Shown here piece after piece: positions 1-14,598 of a stretch of 64,000 bases of DNA; the first letter of the stretch is position 1, and every line of letters starts with the position of its first letter. The stretch spans positions 10,788,001 through 10,852,000 of the forward strand of contig CM022667.1 of assembly GCA_012295275.1 (NCBI GenBank), given 5' to 3'. The stretch comes from Chrysomallon squamiferum. Taxonomy: Eukaryota > Animalia > Mollusca. The notes under the pieces were generated by a model. It was not told the DNA's origin, did no database searches, and worked only from the letters and a program-made list of their open reading frames with translations. Made by a program: the position numbers and the translations under genes.

Positions 1-1434
1 CTTGTACTTGTGCATTAACAAGAGGCTTCAGATACCACTGTTATCGTTAAAAACGTTTTGGAAATGTTTTAAAGTTTTTATATAACGCTGATGTCATTAA
101 AAAGGTCTTTAAAAATGGAAGATTTCAATTTTTAATTATGAGATTCTTCGACTATCGTTTTCGCGCGTGTCTTTCACTTCGACCACAATTAATGCATCAA
201 TCAATTAGGCTGGACGTCCGGTATATTAATTAATTTTTGATAATCGCGTGCATGTGCGTGTGTGTACCTTCACTTCCAGAGACCAACACTGAGAATACGC
301 AAGTAAATTTTAACACTCGATTTTCCCTTCCCAGAAATCTCCAAGGAGAATGTGTTTTTTTTGTTGTTTTTTTATTTCTTCATCTAGTTGAGGATGTAAT
401 AACATGAACTTGAGTTGACAAACAGACGTTTGAAAGATTAAGAAAAAAAAAAGAAGAAGAAGAAAAAAAAAGAGAATGGAAGATTTATTTTCTGTGATGA
501 CGTTACCAGAGTGCCTAATTAAGTTTTAATTATCGCCTATAGTAAGTAAGATATTTGTTAACTGTAACTGGTAATTTCTGTAGCTGTAGTTGCAGCAGCA
601 GAAGTCGTCGTAGATGTAGCAGTAGAAGCAGTAGTAGTAGAAGCAGTATTAGTTTTAACAATATTCAGAGAAGAGACTGGATCAAATTTTTTGATTGTAA
701 CTATTATCGTGGATACTTGGTTGGAACTGGAAATTTATAGATAAGCAAAAGGATGTTCGCATAATATAGGCTTTGTGTAGTGTATTGTTTATATTTATCA
801 AGTATAAATTAAATTTATTTTGTATGTATTTATGAACGAATGAATGTACATTTGTATGTAGTATTTTAGCTACAAAACTGGTTGTTCTTTTTTAATAGCA
901 GAAAGAAGCCTTCCCACATACCGCAAAAAAAAAAAAACAACAAAAAAAAAACACAACAAAAAACATAACCTTTGGTAAACCAGCCATGAAGCGGAGAAGC
1001 ATCGTTACGCAACACTGTAACAATTGTTACGTCTGTCTGTCTGTCTGTCTTTTTTTTTCCAGTTTGTCCATCCAGTCATCATTTTAACGCATTTGCCTTT
1101 TGTTTTGCACACATTTCAAAATAAAACCATCCTTGTTTGTACAATATCGGCTTTCCCTGAGACAACTGATATGCCTGATAATTTTCTTATGCATAAATTA
1201 TTTTTCTCTTTATATAATATTTTTTTGCGTATTATTGTTTTTTCTCTGAATTAAATTTTAATACTTTCAGATAAAACGCACAAGATTAAAGACTCACTCG
1301 GCTGTGACCGGTGTTATTCCGGTGTCTGTCTCAAAAGGCTTCGGGTTGGGTTAATTATAAAGTTTCGTTCATGTCAGCTGACTTTGTGGAACCATTTTTT
1401 TGTGGGCGTCGTTTAGAATATTGGTATTTCTGAA

Positions 1435-1475
<41 letters not shown>

Positions 1476-1626
1476 GGTTTTGGTGTGTTTGCGCCAATGT
1501 TTGATATTTGTCGGGTAGAAGTGATTGAGTGTGTGTGTGTTTGTATATATGTGTGTGTTTATGAATGGTTGATTAAGTGTGTAATGTTCGATTGAATGTC
1601 TTGTCCCTCTGCGTTTGTTTGAGTGT

Positions 1627-1630
<4 letters not shown>

Positions 1631-1720
<90 letters not shown>

Positions 1721-1777
1721 AGAGCGGGGAGAGGGAGAGAGAGATATTATACATATATATATATATATATATATATC
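1631..1777. repeat. (GA)n plus (AT)n microsatellite
   Basis: Direct reading. Representative of dozens of (GA)n, (CA)n, (AT)n, (AAT)n, (ACT)n, (CATT)n, (AAAT)n and poly-A/T tracts across the window. Confidence 0.95.
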
Positions 1778-2029
1778 ATTGTACACTACAATAATGAAAC
1801 ATTTTATTTTTTAAATTCCAATATTCTGTCTGTTTGTCTGTGTAGATGATTCAGGTGTTTTATACAGTTATCGTTCTACGTGTTACAAGGAGACGGTTGT
1901 TTTGTTGTTTAGTTGTTGTCTCTCTCTCATTTCACATTTCGCTAAAAGATAAATACCGACACTCAACAATATAATACTCATCCTTCCTTTTATCTGTTCA
2001 CTGACTGATTGATTCATCCATCTATCTAT

Positions 2030-2255
2030 CATTTATTAATTTACCCATTCGTCCTTTTTTGTTATTCATTCATCCATCCATTCATTCATTTATTCATTCG
2101 TTCATCCATCTATTCATTCATTCATGTTTTCATTATTTCATATTTTTATTCATTCCTTCATCCATCTATTCATGCATTCGTCCATTCGTTGATTCATTTA
2201 TTTATTCATTCATTCATTATTTTGTTCAGTCACTCATTCATTCATTCGTTTCATT
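2030..2255. repeat. Degenerate (CATT/CATC)n tetranucleotide tract
   Basis: Direct reading. Explains the IHSF-type ORFs. Confidence 0.9.
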
Positions 2256-3688
2256 ATTTTTCCGGTTTCTTCTTCATGCGTGTTATCTGTTTTGTGTCTG
2301 TTCGCACGTTAGTATGTGCATCTGCCTGTTTCTCTCTTTGTTCTTCATTTTCAGCTGTTTTTCTGTTTTTACTTTTGTAGTCAACATAAAACAAAATCAA
2401 ATCAAGCAACAACAACAAAAAAATAATCCTATAACAAAATACACACACACACAGACATTATAAATAAATAAATTAGTTGAAACAAATTAAATAAACTAAT
2501 GTAAATAAATATATAAAATAAAATAACAAATAAGTACATAAAGAAAAATTATAAAATAAGAGAAATAAGGAACGAAAGCAATTAGTAAATAAAAAAAAAA
2601 TATTAGCGCATAAAGAAATTAAAAAAACAACACATATTATAAATAAAATTAAAAAAATAAAAGATAAATATAACTAAATGAAAACGTAATAAAATAAACA
2701 TTATATTAAAAAATTAAACATAAATAATTAGTAAATGAAAGCCTAGAGTAATATTATTAAAAACAGCAACAAAAAATGTATACAAAAAAAAAAATAAATA
2801 AAATAAAACAAAAAATAAACAAAATAAATAAATAAATAAATAAAAAAAAATAAAAAAATAAAAAAAGTAACTAAATAAATAAATAAATAAATAAATAAAA
2901 TAAATTAAAAAAAAACACAAAAAAACACACAAATAAATCCCTACAAAAAAATAAAAAAAATAAATAAATAAAAAAAACACGATTCTGGCTGATGAATGCA
3001 GACGCCGAAGAAGAAACGAGTTATAATAAATATATCAGTCACAGCAAGAAAAAAACCCGTCCGTGTTTTACCCCCGCCATCGTTATTTCAATTCATCACT
3101 TTCACAAACATCTTAACATAAATGTGCTGGTGTCAAAACGACATCGTCTTCAAATCGTTTACAACGACGGCAGCTTTGGGAGCCGTTATCATTCATGACA
3201 ATTTGGTTTTTAACTTTACATTTGTCATTTTATCAGTTATAGTTACAAAACAGCTGCAAAGAAAAAAAAAAAAAAAAAGAAAACAAGATGAAAAAAAAAA
3301 AGAAAGATATATAGAAGAAAAAAAAGTTTTGCTGGGAAACGAGAATGTTAGCTTATTTGTGACAGGTTTGGTTGTTAATGTGAAATGACTCAAACAAGAG
3401 AAATAATGTAGAGAATTTTTAAAAAGTAATTTTTTAAATATGTCAGCAGATTTACGTAAAGACGCGTTCCCACGGTGCGACTTGAGCGAACGATTTGCAG
3501 CGATATTTATTTTAATCAGTCAAATGTTACGTGACCCTTACTCACTTTTTTGTGGCGAAGATTCAATGCACGGCTTTCGTGGGCAAAAACAACAAAACTG
3601 ACGTTTTATAAATATGCTAGTATGTTAGATTGTTAGAGGTAGAGAATACCTTATGCTATCTTGTCTGTTGCAGTTTCTCTCGTTCGTC

Positions 3689-3690
<2 letters not shown>

Positions 3691-3776
<86 letters not shown>

Positions 3777-3956
3777 CGAGATGTGAATGAATAAAGAAGA
3801 TTGAAAACGAAGACGAACAAGAGATGATTAAAAATGCAAATTCTGTTTTACCTCGAGTAATTTAATATAGTGAGAAGACGATAAACGTAACAACAACAAA
3901 CAAATCAGCTTTAGAACTTTTAACTTCTTTTTTAAAAAACAAACTCTTTCAACTCG
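3691..3956 (+). repeat. Inverted repeat copy 1: (GA)n followed by ~183 bp of unique sequence
   Basis: 3774-3956 (GGGCGAGATGTGAATGAA...CTCTTTCAACTCG) is the reverse complement of 11903-12083 apart from a handful of differences. Confidence 0.95.
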
Positions 3957-3960
3957 GGTG

Positions 3961-4084
3961 GGAGGGAGAGAGAGAGAGAGAGAGAGAGAGTTAGACAGAG
4001 AGAGACAGGCAGAGAGAGAGAGGCAGAAAGAGAGATAGACAGAGAGAGAGAGAGAGACGGATAGACAAGCAGAGAGAGAGAGAC

Positions 4085-4119
<35 letters not shown>

Positions 4120-4154
4120 CAGAGAGAGAAAGACAGGCAGAGAGAGAGAGAGAA

Positions 4155-4189
<35 letters not shown>

Positions 4190-4300
4190 CGGATAGACAA
4201 GCAGAGAGAGAGAGACAGGCAGAGAGAGAGAGAGAGAGACAGGCAGAGAGAGAAAGACAGGCAGAGAGAGAGGCAGAGAGAGAGAGAGAGAAAGAGAGAG

Positions 4301-4397
<97 letters not shown>
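3961..4397. repeat. Compound (GA)n microsatellite with GACAGGCA interruptions and internal duplication
   Basis: The block GACGGATAGACAAGCAGAGAGAGAGAGACAGGCAG occurs twice (~4056 and ~4187). Confidence 0.9.
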
Positions 4398-4399
<2 letters not shown>

Positions 4400-4549
4400 A
4401 AGATAGCGAAAACGAATATATTTCCTTTATAAACACATTTTTGTCAGTTTACCTATATCACCACACACACACATATGCTTCCATTCATATATAAAACTCA
4501 GACTGATAAGCACTCGTTCTTAGTCAAGTTAATGTGTACGCAAATTCAT

Positions 4550-4609
<60 letters not shown>

Positions 4610-5934
4610 CAGTCTGTGTACTTACAGACAAACACGTACAGCAAATTCAAAAAAAAAAAAAAAAAATAATATATTATTTACATACACATAGACCACCCGC
4701 AGACTAGCATCTTCATAAACATTTTTTTCTCATTATATTTTTCTTTTTTACTTTTTTTATTTTTTTTTTTTTTTTATCTTCACCCATCTTCTCGTTTTTC
4801 AGAACTCTTGCACAGAATTGCGTTACATATTAATATCATAATCAGACCCTATCAACACTCTTCCTTTCCCCCGTCTAAAAAAAACCTCGCCTTCGTCACC
4901 CTGGGGAACAATTCCTTTCGACAAATACAAGAATTATAATGGTTTTACCGCATCGAGTAACGTGTACGTTTACGTCTATCTCATGGGCGGTATAAAAACA
5001 CAGCCTGGCTTTTTTTTTTTTTTTTTTTTTTTTTTACTTCTTCTTATTTGCCATCTTACTTGTCAGGTCGAATCGGAAGGCGTATGAATTTGCGATGAAT
5101 TATGGGATTGTTTGTATGTAAAGTAATTAGTGTCGCTGAACGTTGTACTTCTTCATATATCTGTGTGTTTTTATTCCCTCCCGTGGGAGTTTCGAACACG
5201 CTTCCCGGTTCGCGATGTTTCGTGGAAAAGGGAGGGAAGGGGGAAGATCTCCACCATGTTTTCCACAGCTTCGTCCCATTTGCGATGGGACGGAACCCGC
5301 GCGTGCTTTTGCGCACGTGTGTTAAGTACATTTTTTTTTTTTTTTTTTTTTTATATATCTATCGATGTTGCACGCTCTGAGCACGTGCCCCCGTTAACCT
5401 TTGCCCTGCCCCCCTCTTAGCACTTCAAACGTGTTAACAGATAAGTAAATAAGTAAGCACGTAAGTAAGAAACAAGCAAGTAATAAGTAAATAAGCATTT
5501 TGTTTTTTAAAACAGAGAGATGACAGTAAGCTGATTAATAATGTATGAGAAAATTAGCATGAATTATAATAATAATAATATTAATAATAATAATAAAAAT
5601 AATAATAATAAAAATAATAATATAGTAATAGTAATAATAATAACAACAACAATAATAACAGTAATAATAATAACAACAATAACTATAATGATAATAAATA
5701 TAGTAATAATAGTAATAGTAGTAATAATAATAATAATAATAATAAGAAGAAGAAGAAGAAGAAGAAGACGAAGAAGAAGTTTTTGAGAAAGAAATACTAC
5801 TACTGCTACGACTACTGCTACTACTGTTTCAACTACTACAACTACCATTACAACTTTTACTAATATTAAAACTATTACCACACTTCTTCCATCACTGCTA
5901 CTATAACTATTACTACAACTACAGTTGTTGTTAT

Positions 5935-5981
<47 letters not shown>

Positions 5982-6049
5982 TCACTTCAATATATTAATG
6001 CTATTCCACCATCAATATATTTATGATGCATAAAATAATAAAAATGTAG

Positions 6050-6624
6050 ATTCTGAACATCATAATATATCGGTTTTATTTTATTAGGTAGGCATTAATA
6101 TAAACTTCAGTACCGTTATAGCATATTAACCACGTATTTCATTATCTATAAGTCATTTACATATATATTATTATTATTATTATTATTATTATATCTCTGT
6201 GCCATATATTATATCACTTTTTGTATTATTACTTATAAAGTATATTCAGAATTGTCAACACTTTACAACCCCGTTACGAAATGACACCGTTATTTAATTA
6301 TTTGTGACTTATATTCACAAGCATCGCTGTATCTCTTATAATAATATAATCAACGCTATTATTATTAATTTTGTTTTGTTTTGAATATATATATCAATGA
6401 TATTACTTCAGAATCGTTATCACTGTTATTTCATTATCTAGGAAATACATAGTGTATTACAAACATTACACAAGATTACCGTTATAATATATAACCTGCT
6501 ATTTCGCTACTTTGTGTGATAAATTTAAATACTATATGAATGTTAATATCGCAGTATAACGGTATTTGTTCTCTGTATAATTAATAACGATAATACACAT
6601 TAAAACTGTTAAGGGAAACGTTAT

Positions 6625-6700
<76 letters not shown>

Positions 6701-7050
6701 TTATACATTTCTTAATGTCTCAGTATAATTAATATTATTTCAAACACATACTCAGTTTTGCAATTCAGAATTATTATTTCACTATCTAGTACGTTTAAAT
6801 ATTAAACATTTCATAAAAATCGCAATTTCACTATGTACCTGTTTTATACATTATAAACATTACACATGAACACCGTTATAACATATCACCGTTAATTTAC
6901 TATCTACCACTATCGTATACATTATAAATATTACACATGAATTACCGTTTATAATATATCACCATTATTTGAATACCGTTACAATACATGACCGTTATTT
7001 CGTTATCTGCACGTTTTATATACATACACACATAACTGATATTATAACAC
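6050..7050. repeat. Degenerate ~70-bp minisatellite with ACCGTTA cores, interrupted by (TAT)n and (TC)n
   Basis: The best-preserved units start TTATAAA(C/T)ATTACACATGAA at 6851 and 6922 (period 71). ACCGTTAT and TATTTCATTATCT recur throughout. Confidence 0.7.
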
Positions 7051-8354
7051 AACGCACCATTCAAGGTTCTAAGATACAGAAAATGACACGAAACTGGGCA
7101 GAGATGAAACAAAGACAATCTCTTTGGTTGGAGCAATAAATTTCCATAACTGTTTACTTTCTATGACGCGCGTTATCAAATTCGGCGATAGAGTACCCAG
7201 TTTGCGATCAATTTATTAAATGCTTTTGAATCATATCGAAGTTTCTTTGTCCCGTTTTCAAATTGATAACAATAACGGTAAAATGAAATAAATCATAAAA
7301 GTGATTTCGGGACGATAACCTTATGAGAGGTGTACACACAAACACATTATACAAAGACAAACAGCCCGGGTCAGAAGTTTTATTTTTATCCCCACCACCA
7401 CCCCCGGTGATTAAAATTTAAAGTTGAATGTGGACGTATCTCTCTGTCTGTTTGTCCGTGCGTGTGAAATTTTTAATTTTCTGATAATGAAAAGGTAGAG
7501 ATTATAATTCGTTATGGTACACTGTAGTAAATGGGTAGCAGTAGTAGTAGTAGCAGTAGTAGTAGTAATAGTAAAAGTAGTAGTACAAGTAGTAGTAATA
7601 ATACAAGTAGTAGTTGTAATAGTAAAAGTAGTAGTATAAGTAGTAGTACTAGTTGTACTAGTAGTAATAGTAGTAGTAGTACAAGTAGTAGTCATAGTAG
7701 AATAACGTAGTCGTAATCGTAGTAGTTCTAGTAGTAGTAGTAGTAGTAGTAGTTGTTGTTGTTGTTGTAGTAATAGTAGTAGTAGTAGTTGTTGTTGTAG
7801 TAATAGTAGTAGTAATAGTTGTTGTTGTTGTTGTAATGAATGTGATTAGTAGTAAAACCATTGTTGTTGTAGTTAATAGTAGTATTCATAGTTGTTGTTG
7901 TTGTTGTAATATGAATGTGATTATAATGTAAAACCATCCATCCATGTGTTCATCCTTTCATTCACAGTCGCAATTTACATTATACACTCTGACGCACACT
8001 TACATAAATACACACGCACATACGCTTACAAGGAGTGTCTTACGCACTGACAAACCCATAAATAATCGCACAGACGTGGGTACATAAAAACAGTCATATA
8101 CAGAGACAAACAGAACATTACATTCAGACATGTATATTAATATTCATAGCCACACATTAGAGTTTATGAGCTGAACATGGATTAAAATCTGAAATTTACA
8201 ATAAAATAAAAATAAATCGAAAATATATTTTGAATGAAAATGAAATAAACATTTTAAAAATTAAATTAAAAAAAAAAAAAAAAAAAAAACAAAAAAAAAA
8301 ACTGAAATATATTTTAAATAAAAAATAATAGTGAAATATAATGGAATGAAATCA

Positions 8355-8392
<38 letters not shown>

Positions 8393-8896
8393 GAAATGGA
8401 ATAAAATAATGATAATCCATTACTGTAGGTAATATAAAATTGAAATAAACGAATACGAATTAAATTAAATATAAATGCATAATGCATTCGCACGCACGCA
8501 CGCACACACACATATTAATTTATTTTTAAAAAAAAAACGTCAATAAATTTCCATAAAACATTATGAAACTACATTTTTCAAAACTGACATTTCTATTTCA
8601 TTTTCGCCTTAGTTAATATGACTGTAATAAGCGTTAAATACAAATGGTGTGCCATTAGCGTGTAAACTAATCGTTTGATTAACGGTGGCTTCGTTTCTCT
8701 TTATGTCAACACAAAAATATATTTTAAAAATAAAAGAGTGTCAGCTTTATGGGATTTCAGCTAGAAAAAAAAAAATATATATATTTATGCGGTAATCATT
8801 TTTTTTAAATAACGTTTTTTTTTTCGTTTTTTTTTTTTCTTGTTAAAAATATGCACGTATATAATGGAAAAGAAAAAGAAAAGAAGGATAAATAAA

Positions 8897-8927
<31 letters not shown>

Positions 8928-8930
8928 TAA

Positions 8931-8962
<32 letters not shown>

Positions 8963-9923
8963 ATAATAATAAATAAATAAAAAAATAAAAACTAAAAAAA
9001 AAAACAGTTGTTGTAGCAGTAATAGTAGTAGTAATAGTAGTAGTGGTGGTGGCAGTAGTAGTAGTAACAGTAGTAATAGCAACAGAAACAGTAAGTAACA
9101 AAATAAATAATAAATAAAATATTACAGATTAGTTTTCATTACTTTTTCTTGCAATGATGCACTTATAATTTAATTATCTCTTTTCCTTTTCTTCTTCTTC
9201 TTCTTTTTTCTCTTCTTTTTCTTCTTTTTAAACTTTATACTTTATTATTACAGCACTCAGTCGTGTAAACATCTCAATATTATCTCTGGTCGCCATTTTG
9301 AATAAGTTATTAACATTCCTATGACTGACATGTTTACTTCTTACGATAAGTCTCAAGCTGTAACGGAGAATCACGTTCTCACTCGGTAAAATCCGTACGT
9401 TAAAATAATTCAGATCGGAAACGAGGAGGAAACGTCTTTTCCATATTAAAATTGAAAAAATGAAAATTTTAAAATTTGAAAGGCATAAAATGTAACAGAA
9501 AATCGAATTTATTTGTGATGTTTTTATAAATTAAGATATGCTTTTGACTGTTTGGGGTTTTCGTCGTTAATGTCCGGTAGTGATCGGTAACGTTCGTAAA
9601 CAGTTCGGAAAAATGTTACCTTGGATGTAAATGGCATTTAAAAAATGTATTGTTGACAACGTATCTAGGAGTAATCTTCTTTGACTTAAATAAAATGATA
9701 GATAAACACAAACTAACATTATCTTAAACTTTGTTTCTCGTAAATCTACAAGTACACAAAATTAGAAATTAGTGTTGACATTTCTAAAAACAGAAGACAA
9801 AGGAGTTACGATGTACTTTTTGTCCGAGCAAAAAAGTAACCGAGCTTGTTCTGAAAATAAATAAATAAATAAATAAATTAATAAATAAATTAATAAAATG
9901 TGCAAATGAGGAACGCGTGAATG

Positions 9924-10018
<95 letters not shown>

Positions 10019-11197
10019 AACTCACTGTAAACAGTTGTTGCAACTACAACACCAATACAAATAGTTTGTCTTTATATATTTGTTAATACAGTCATCATTT
10101 TTATCTTCCTTCATTACTCTTATTTTTTCTGCTTTCTCTCTCTCTGTTTCTCTCTTATTCACTCTCTCTCTCTATCTTTCTCTGTCTTCCCCTTTCTATC
10201 CGTTTATATACCTCGCCATCTATTTGCAAAAACAAACGATTAAATTCCGAGACACTTTACGACAAAGAGAATGACATAACAAAAAACGAAAAAAAAAAAA
10301 AAAAAACCCACAAAAAACTCCCCACATAAAATGATACCAATCAATTAAATGTTCCCACACAGGTGTATGTGTGCGTGGGGTTATTCAGAACACCTCGATC
10401 ACACCGGCAATAAAAGGAAATTTGTCTGAATGTTTATAGAAATAATTGCAATTCATTGCGCTGGACATATGAATGCAAATAATTCGCTTACGTCATTAAT
10501 GGCGGCACCGACACTGGCTTGACTGGCTTTCTATTGCATTACGCCTCGGCTGGCTCAATTCGTGATACGTAACATTCCGTGTGATGTTCGGCGGCCGTTG
10601 TATGAAAACGTCAAAAGTCTATAATTATTTTTTGCCATTTTTCAAAAGGTTTCAAAAGATACTTTGGCTTGTAAAGGGACAATTATTTTCCGCGATTTCT
10701 TTATGTTTGTCTTGCTATGGCAGACGAGAAGAAGAAGAAGAAGAAGTTGAAGAAGAAAAAAAAAAATAAAAGAAAGAAATAAGGTAACCGAAGACATTCC
10801 AGTGACCATATGCCCGCTGTGACGTCATAGCGCCATTCACCAATAGCAACGATCCGAAACGTCACAAAAAATGTATTGTTCAAAGGATTAGGGATAATTT
10901 GTAAAACATGAGGTTAATGGGACGTATAAATTATCAGGTCTCATCGCGGGAAGGGGTAATGATTGCATGGGAAATTTTTTTTTTTTTTTAATGTTTTTTG
11001 CCTGGAGTTTTAAAACAATATATATACGAGTTACATTGAGCAAATGTATATAGAAAGAAAAACAATAGATTTACACTTAAAAACAAATTTGTATGTAGAC
11101 AGGTAGTTAGGTAGGTACATGGGTAGACAGATAGATGGAGATAGAAAACAGAAAGAGATAATTATATTCTTTTTACTCTTACATTAATCAATAGCTG

Positions 11198-11280
<83 letters not shown>

Positions 11281-11902
11281 TCCTATTTATCTTTCATCAA
11301 TTTCTCATTGTCTGGTTATCCACATATATATATATATCTATCAATCAGTTCCCTTAAAACAACAACACTTGTCAATAAAAGACTCGGATACTACCTACCT
11401 ATCATCCTTAAGCATCCCAATAACAACAACAACAACAACTACAACGCCATAACAATAATAATAATAATAATAACAACAACAACAACAATAATAACAACAA
11501 CAACAACGACAACGACAACGTTTTCCTCCAAAATCACCTGCACGTTTTAACATCTACAAACAAACCAAAAACTCGTCCATATCTCCACTGACCTCTCCTT
11601 AGCGACCCGCCCCGTACAGTTTGCCCTTTTTTTTATGATGACCATTGTCCGGCATGCGGGCCGAGTGATAACTCACAGAAGCTGCGACAATCGGGGCGTG
11701 TACCCATTATAACACAACACTGTCCGTGGGTGGTTTGTCTCCCATCAAGCGACCCCGTCACAGGGTCCCGTGAAAGGGACCCACAATAGGGACCCATAAA
11801 AGGGATCTGTAATTGAGATCGAGTCAAAGAGGACTGAAACAGGGGGCAGGAAAAGCGACATAAATTACGAAAGTCCATCCGCCTCGTTGTAACCACTCTG
11901 GG

Positions 11903-12080
11903 CGAGTTGAAAGAGTTTGTTTTTTAAAAAAAAGTTAAAAGTCCTAAAGCTGATTTGTTTGTTGTTGTTTTTTTATCGTCTTCTCACTATATTAAATTAC
12001 TCGAGGTAAAACAGAATTTGCATTTTTAATCATCTCTTGTTCGTCTTCGCTTTCAATCTTCTTCATTCATTCACATCTCG

Positions 12081-12158
<78 letters not shown>
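11903..12158 (-). repeat. Inverted repeat copy 2: unique ~181 bp followed by (TC)n
   Basis: CGAGTTGAAAGAG...TTCACATCTCGCCC(TC)n, the reverse complement of 3691-3956. Confidence 0.95.
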
Positions 12159-12164
<6 letters not shown>

Positions 12165-13893
12165 GTGTCTATCTGTATGTCTGTCTTCTATATTTCCTTC
12201 TCTGTTTACAGTTTAATTTCTTTTGCAACCCATTCAATGTCCATTGTCCTACTTCACTATATTTTCATGCGGAATACGTAACAACGTATACACTGAATGA
12301 AATTTCCATTCTCTGTGAACCTCCATAAATACACTTGACCTAAAGACCTAAATGAATGTTACCTAAGACTTCGTTAATTAAGCAGTTAGTTGATTTCGAA
12401 CGTCATATTTAAGTTAATTAGGAGAAACCATTTTACAGATAGAAAGTTAAAGTCACAGAAAACTGTTATTCTTTTACAGAATTTTTTTTTTTTTAAATTT
12501 TTTTTTTATATATATATTATTCGTAACTTAACACAGTAGACAAGAAGGCTAATAAAGTTCATGTACACGTTTAATTATTAATCTTAAATCGATCGATCGA
12601 TCCATTCATCTATCCTTCCGTCCATAAATACATAATATATTTACGTATAAATATAAATATATATATATACGCTAATACATAAGCAGACATATTTTCCTGT
12701 CTATATACATACATACATACATACGTACTTACATACATACATTCATACATGTATACAAAACACACACACACACACACATACATATATACATACACATATA
12801 CATATGCATACATACATACAAAGAGAGAGAGAGACACACACACACACACACACACGCACACACAAACACACGCACAAACACACACTCACACACACATACA
12901 CTCACACATAAACACAAACATAAGACACACTCACACTAACAAAAGTAAACAAAACACGATCACATTCTGACGACCATCCTCACCCCCCCTCACCCCTTCC
13001 CCGTCCCCTGTCCGACATCCGAGACATCATCTCCAGATATTAACGTATTAAATTATTTTCCCCCCATATCGCATTGTGTTTAAACCCGTCCGTGAAGACG
13101 ATTTATGGGCCGCATCAACAACCATTATACACATGTCAAACGAGAGCCTTTGGGCTACCACAGGGCAGAAGAATGCTTTTATTTATTAAATTATATTGAA
13201 CGGCAAATTTCCCAGCGATGACAAGAATGCCGGAACTGTGCTTCGGTACGCAGTTGTCCGAAATGCGCCCGCCGTGAAGTCCTTGTCCGAATTCGGCCCA
13301 CGGCTCGGATTATGAATACTTCTTCTGCATGGGTGTCGCGATTATGTAATTTGTAAATCATACGAGAGAAAAAAAAAAAAAAAAAAAAAAATTGTATAAA
13401 TGGGAGGTAGGTTTTTTTTCAGTAATAATGGGTGGATGATCGAGGTGGATGCGTTGTGAATGAGATAAAGAGAGGCTGACAGTTTGTTTAGCTTCGGGGC
13501 ATTGTTTTCTGGTGGAATTCTTTTTATTTTATTTATTTTTTTTGTCTGTGTCTATTCACGTCTAGATGTATTAGAACAAATCGGGTGTGCATCTATGGTG
13601 TCCGCTGGTACCTTGTAAAATATGATTATCGTTCAGAATTCACTGGAGAGTTTGAATTCCTGTATGGTTTAATTACAATCGCTGGTGGTTTTGTTTGGTA
13701 TGGGGGGGTGGGTGGGTGCAGGGATTTTTGATATATGGTGGTATGTGGGATCGATTCACCTTTCGTAAATCTTCTTTTTTTTTTTTTTTTTTTTTTTTTT
13801 TTCTTGGGGATTATTATAGTCATTGATGTTGTTGTTATTGTTGTCGTTTTTGTTGTTGATGTTGTTATTTTTATTTTATTTTTGTATTACATG

Positions 13894-13946
<53 letters not shown>

Positions 13947-14366
13947 CATTATTAATTTTTTCTATTATCCTTCTTTTTTTTTTTTTTTTTTCTTTTCTTT
14001 TCTTTTTTTATTCATTTATTCATTTATTTATTTATTTATTTAATCATTTATTTAATTAATTTTTTTGTTTTTTGTTAACATGACGAAAAAGGTGCCAAAA
14101 ACATTGACGTAAAAAGGTTTCCGAGATCAGGTATCTTTTGCTAAATCTTCACGAATTTTTAAACATTTATTGCGTTCCCCATCCCGTGTTGACGCTGTTG
14201 GAACTAATATGTATTTGTGTCGGCAATAAATAAAGCAATAAATATTTTCTTCAACAAAAGCGCAACGCATTTTAATATTAATCGTTATAAAATGTCAAAC
14301 GCGTTTGTTTTGTTGTTGTTTTTCTTTCTCATTTCTGGCTCTCTTTTTTTTTTCTTGGTTTTTGTC

Positions 14367-14409
<43 letters not shown>

Positions 14410-14545
14410 ACACACACACATATATATACACAGAGAAAGAAAGACAAAGCAACAATAACCAGTAATAATAATAATAATAATAATAAAACAAAAACTACAA
14501 TAATAAAACAACAAAGACGACGACAACAACAACAACAACAATAAC

Positions 14546-14598
<53 letters not shown>

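Noticed and set aside
5054-5068. ATCTTACTTGTCAGG resembling the U1 snRNA 5' end
   Set aside because: The similarity does not extend; no U1 stem-loops or Sm site follow.
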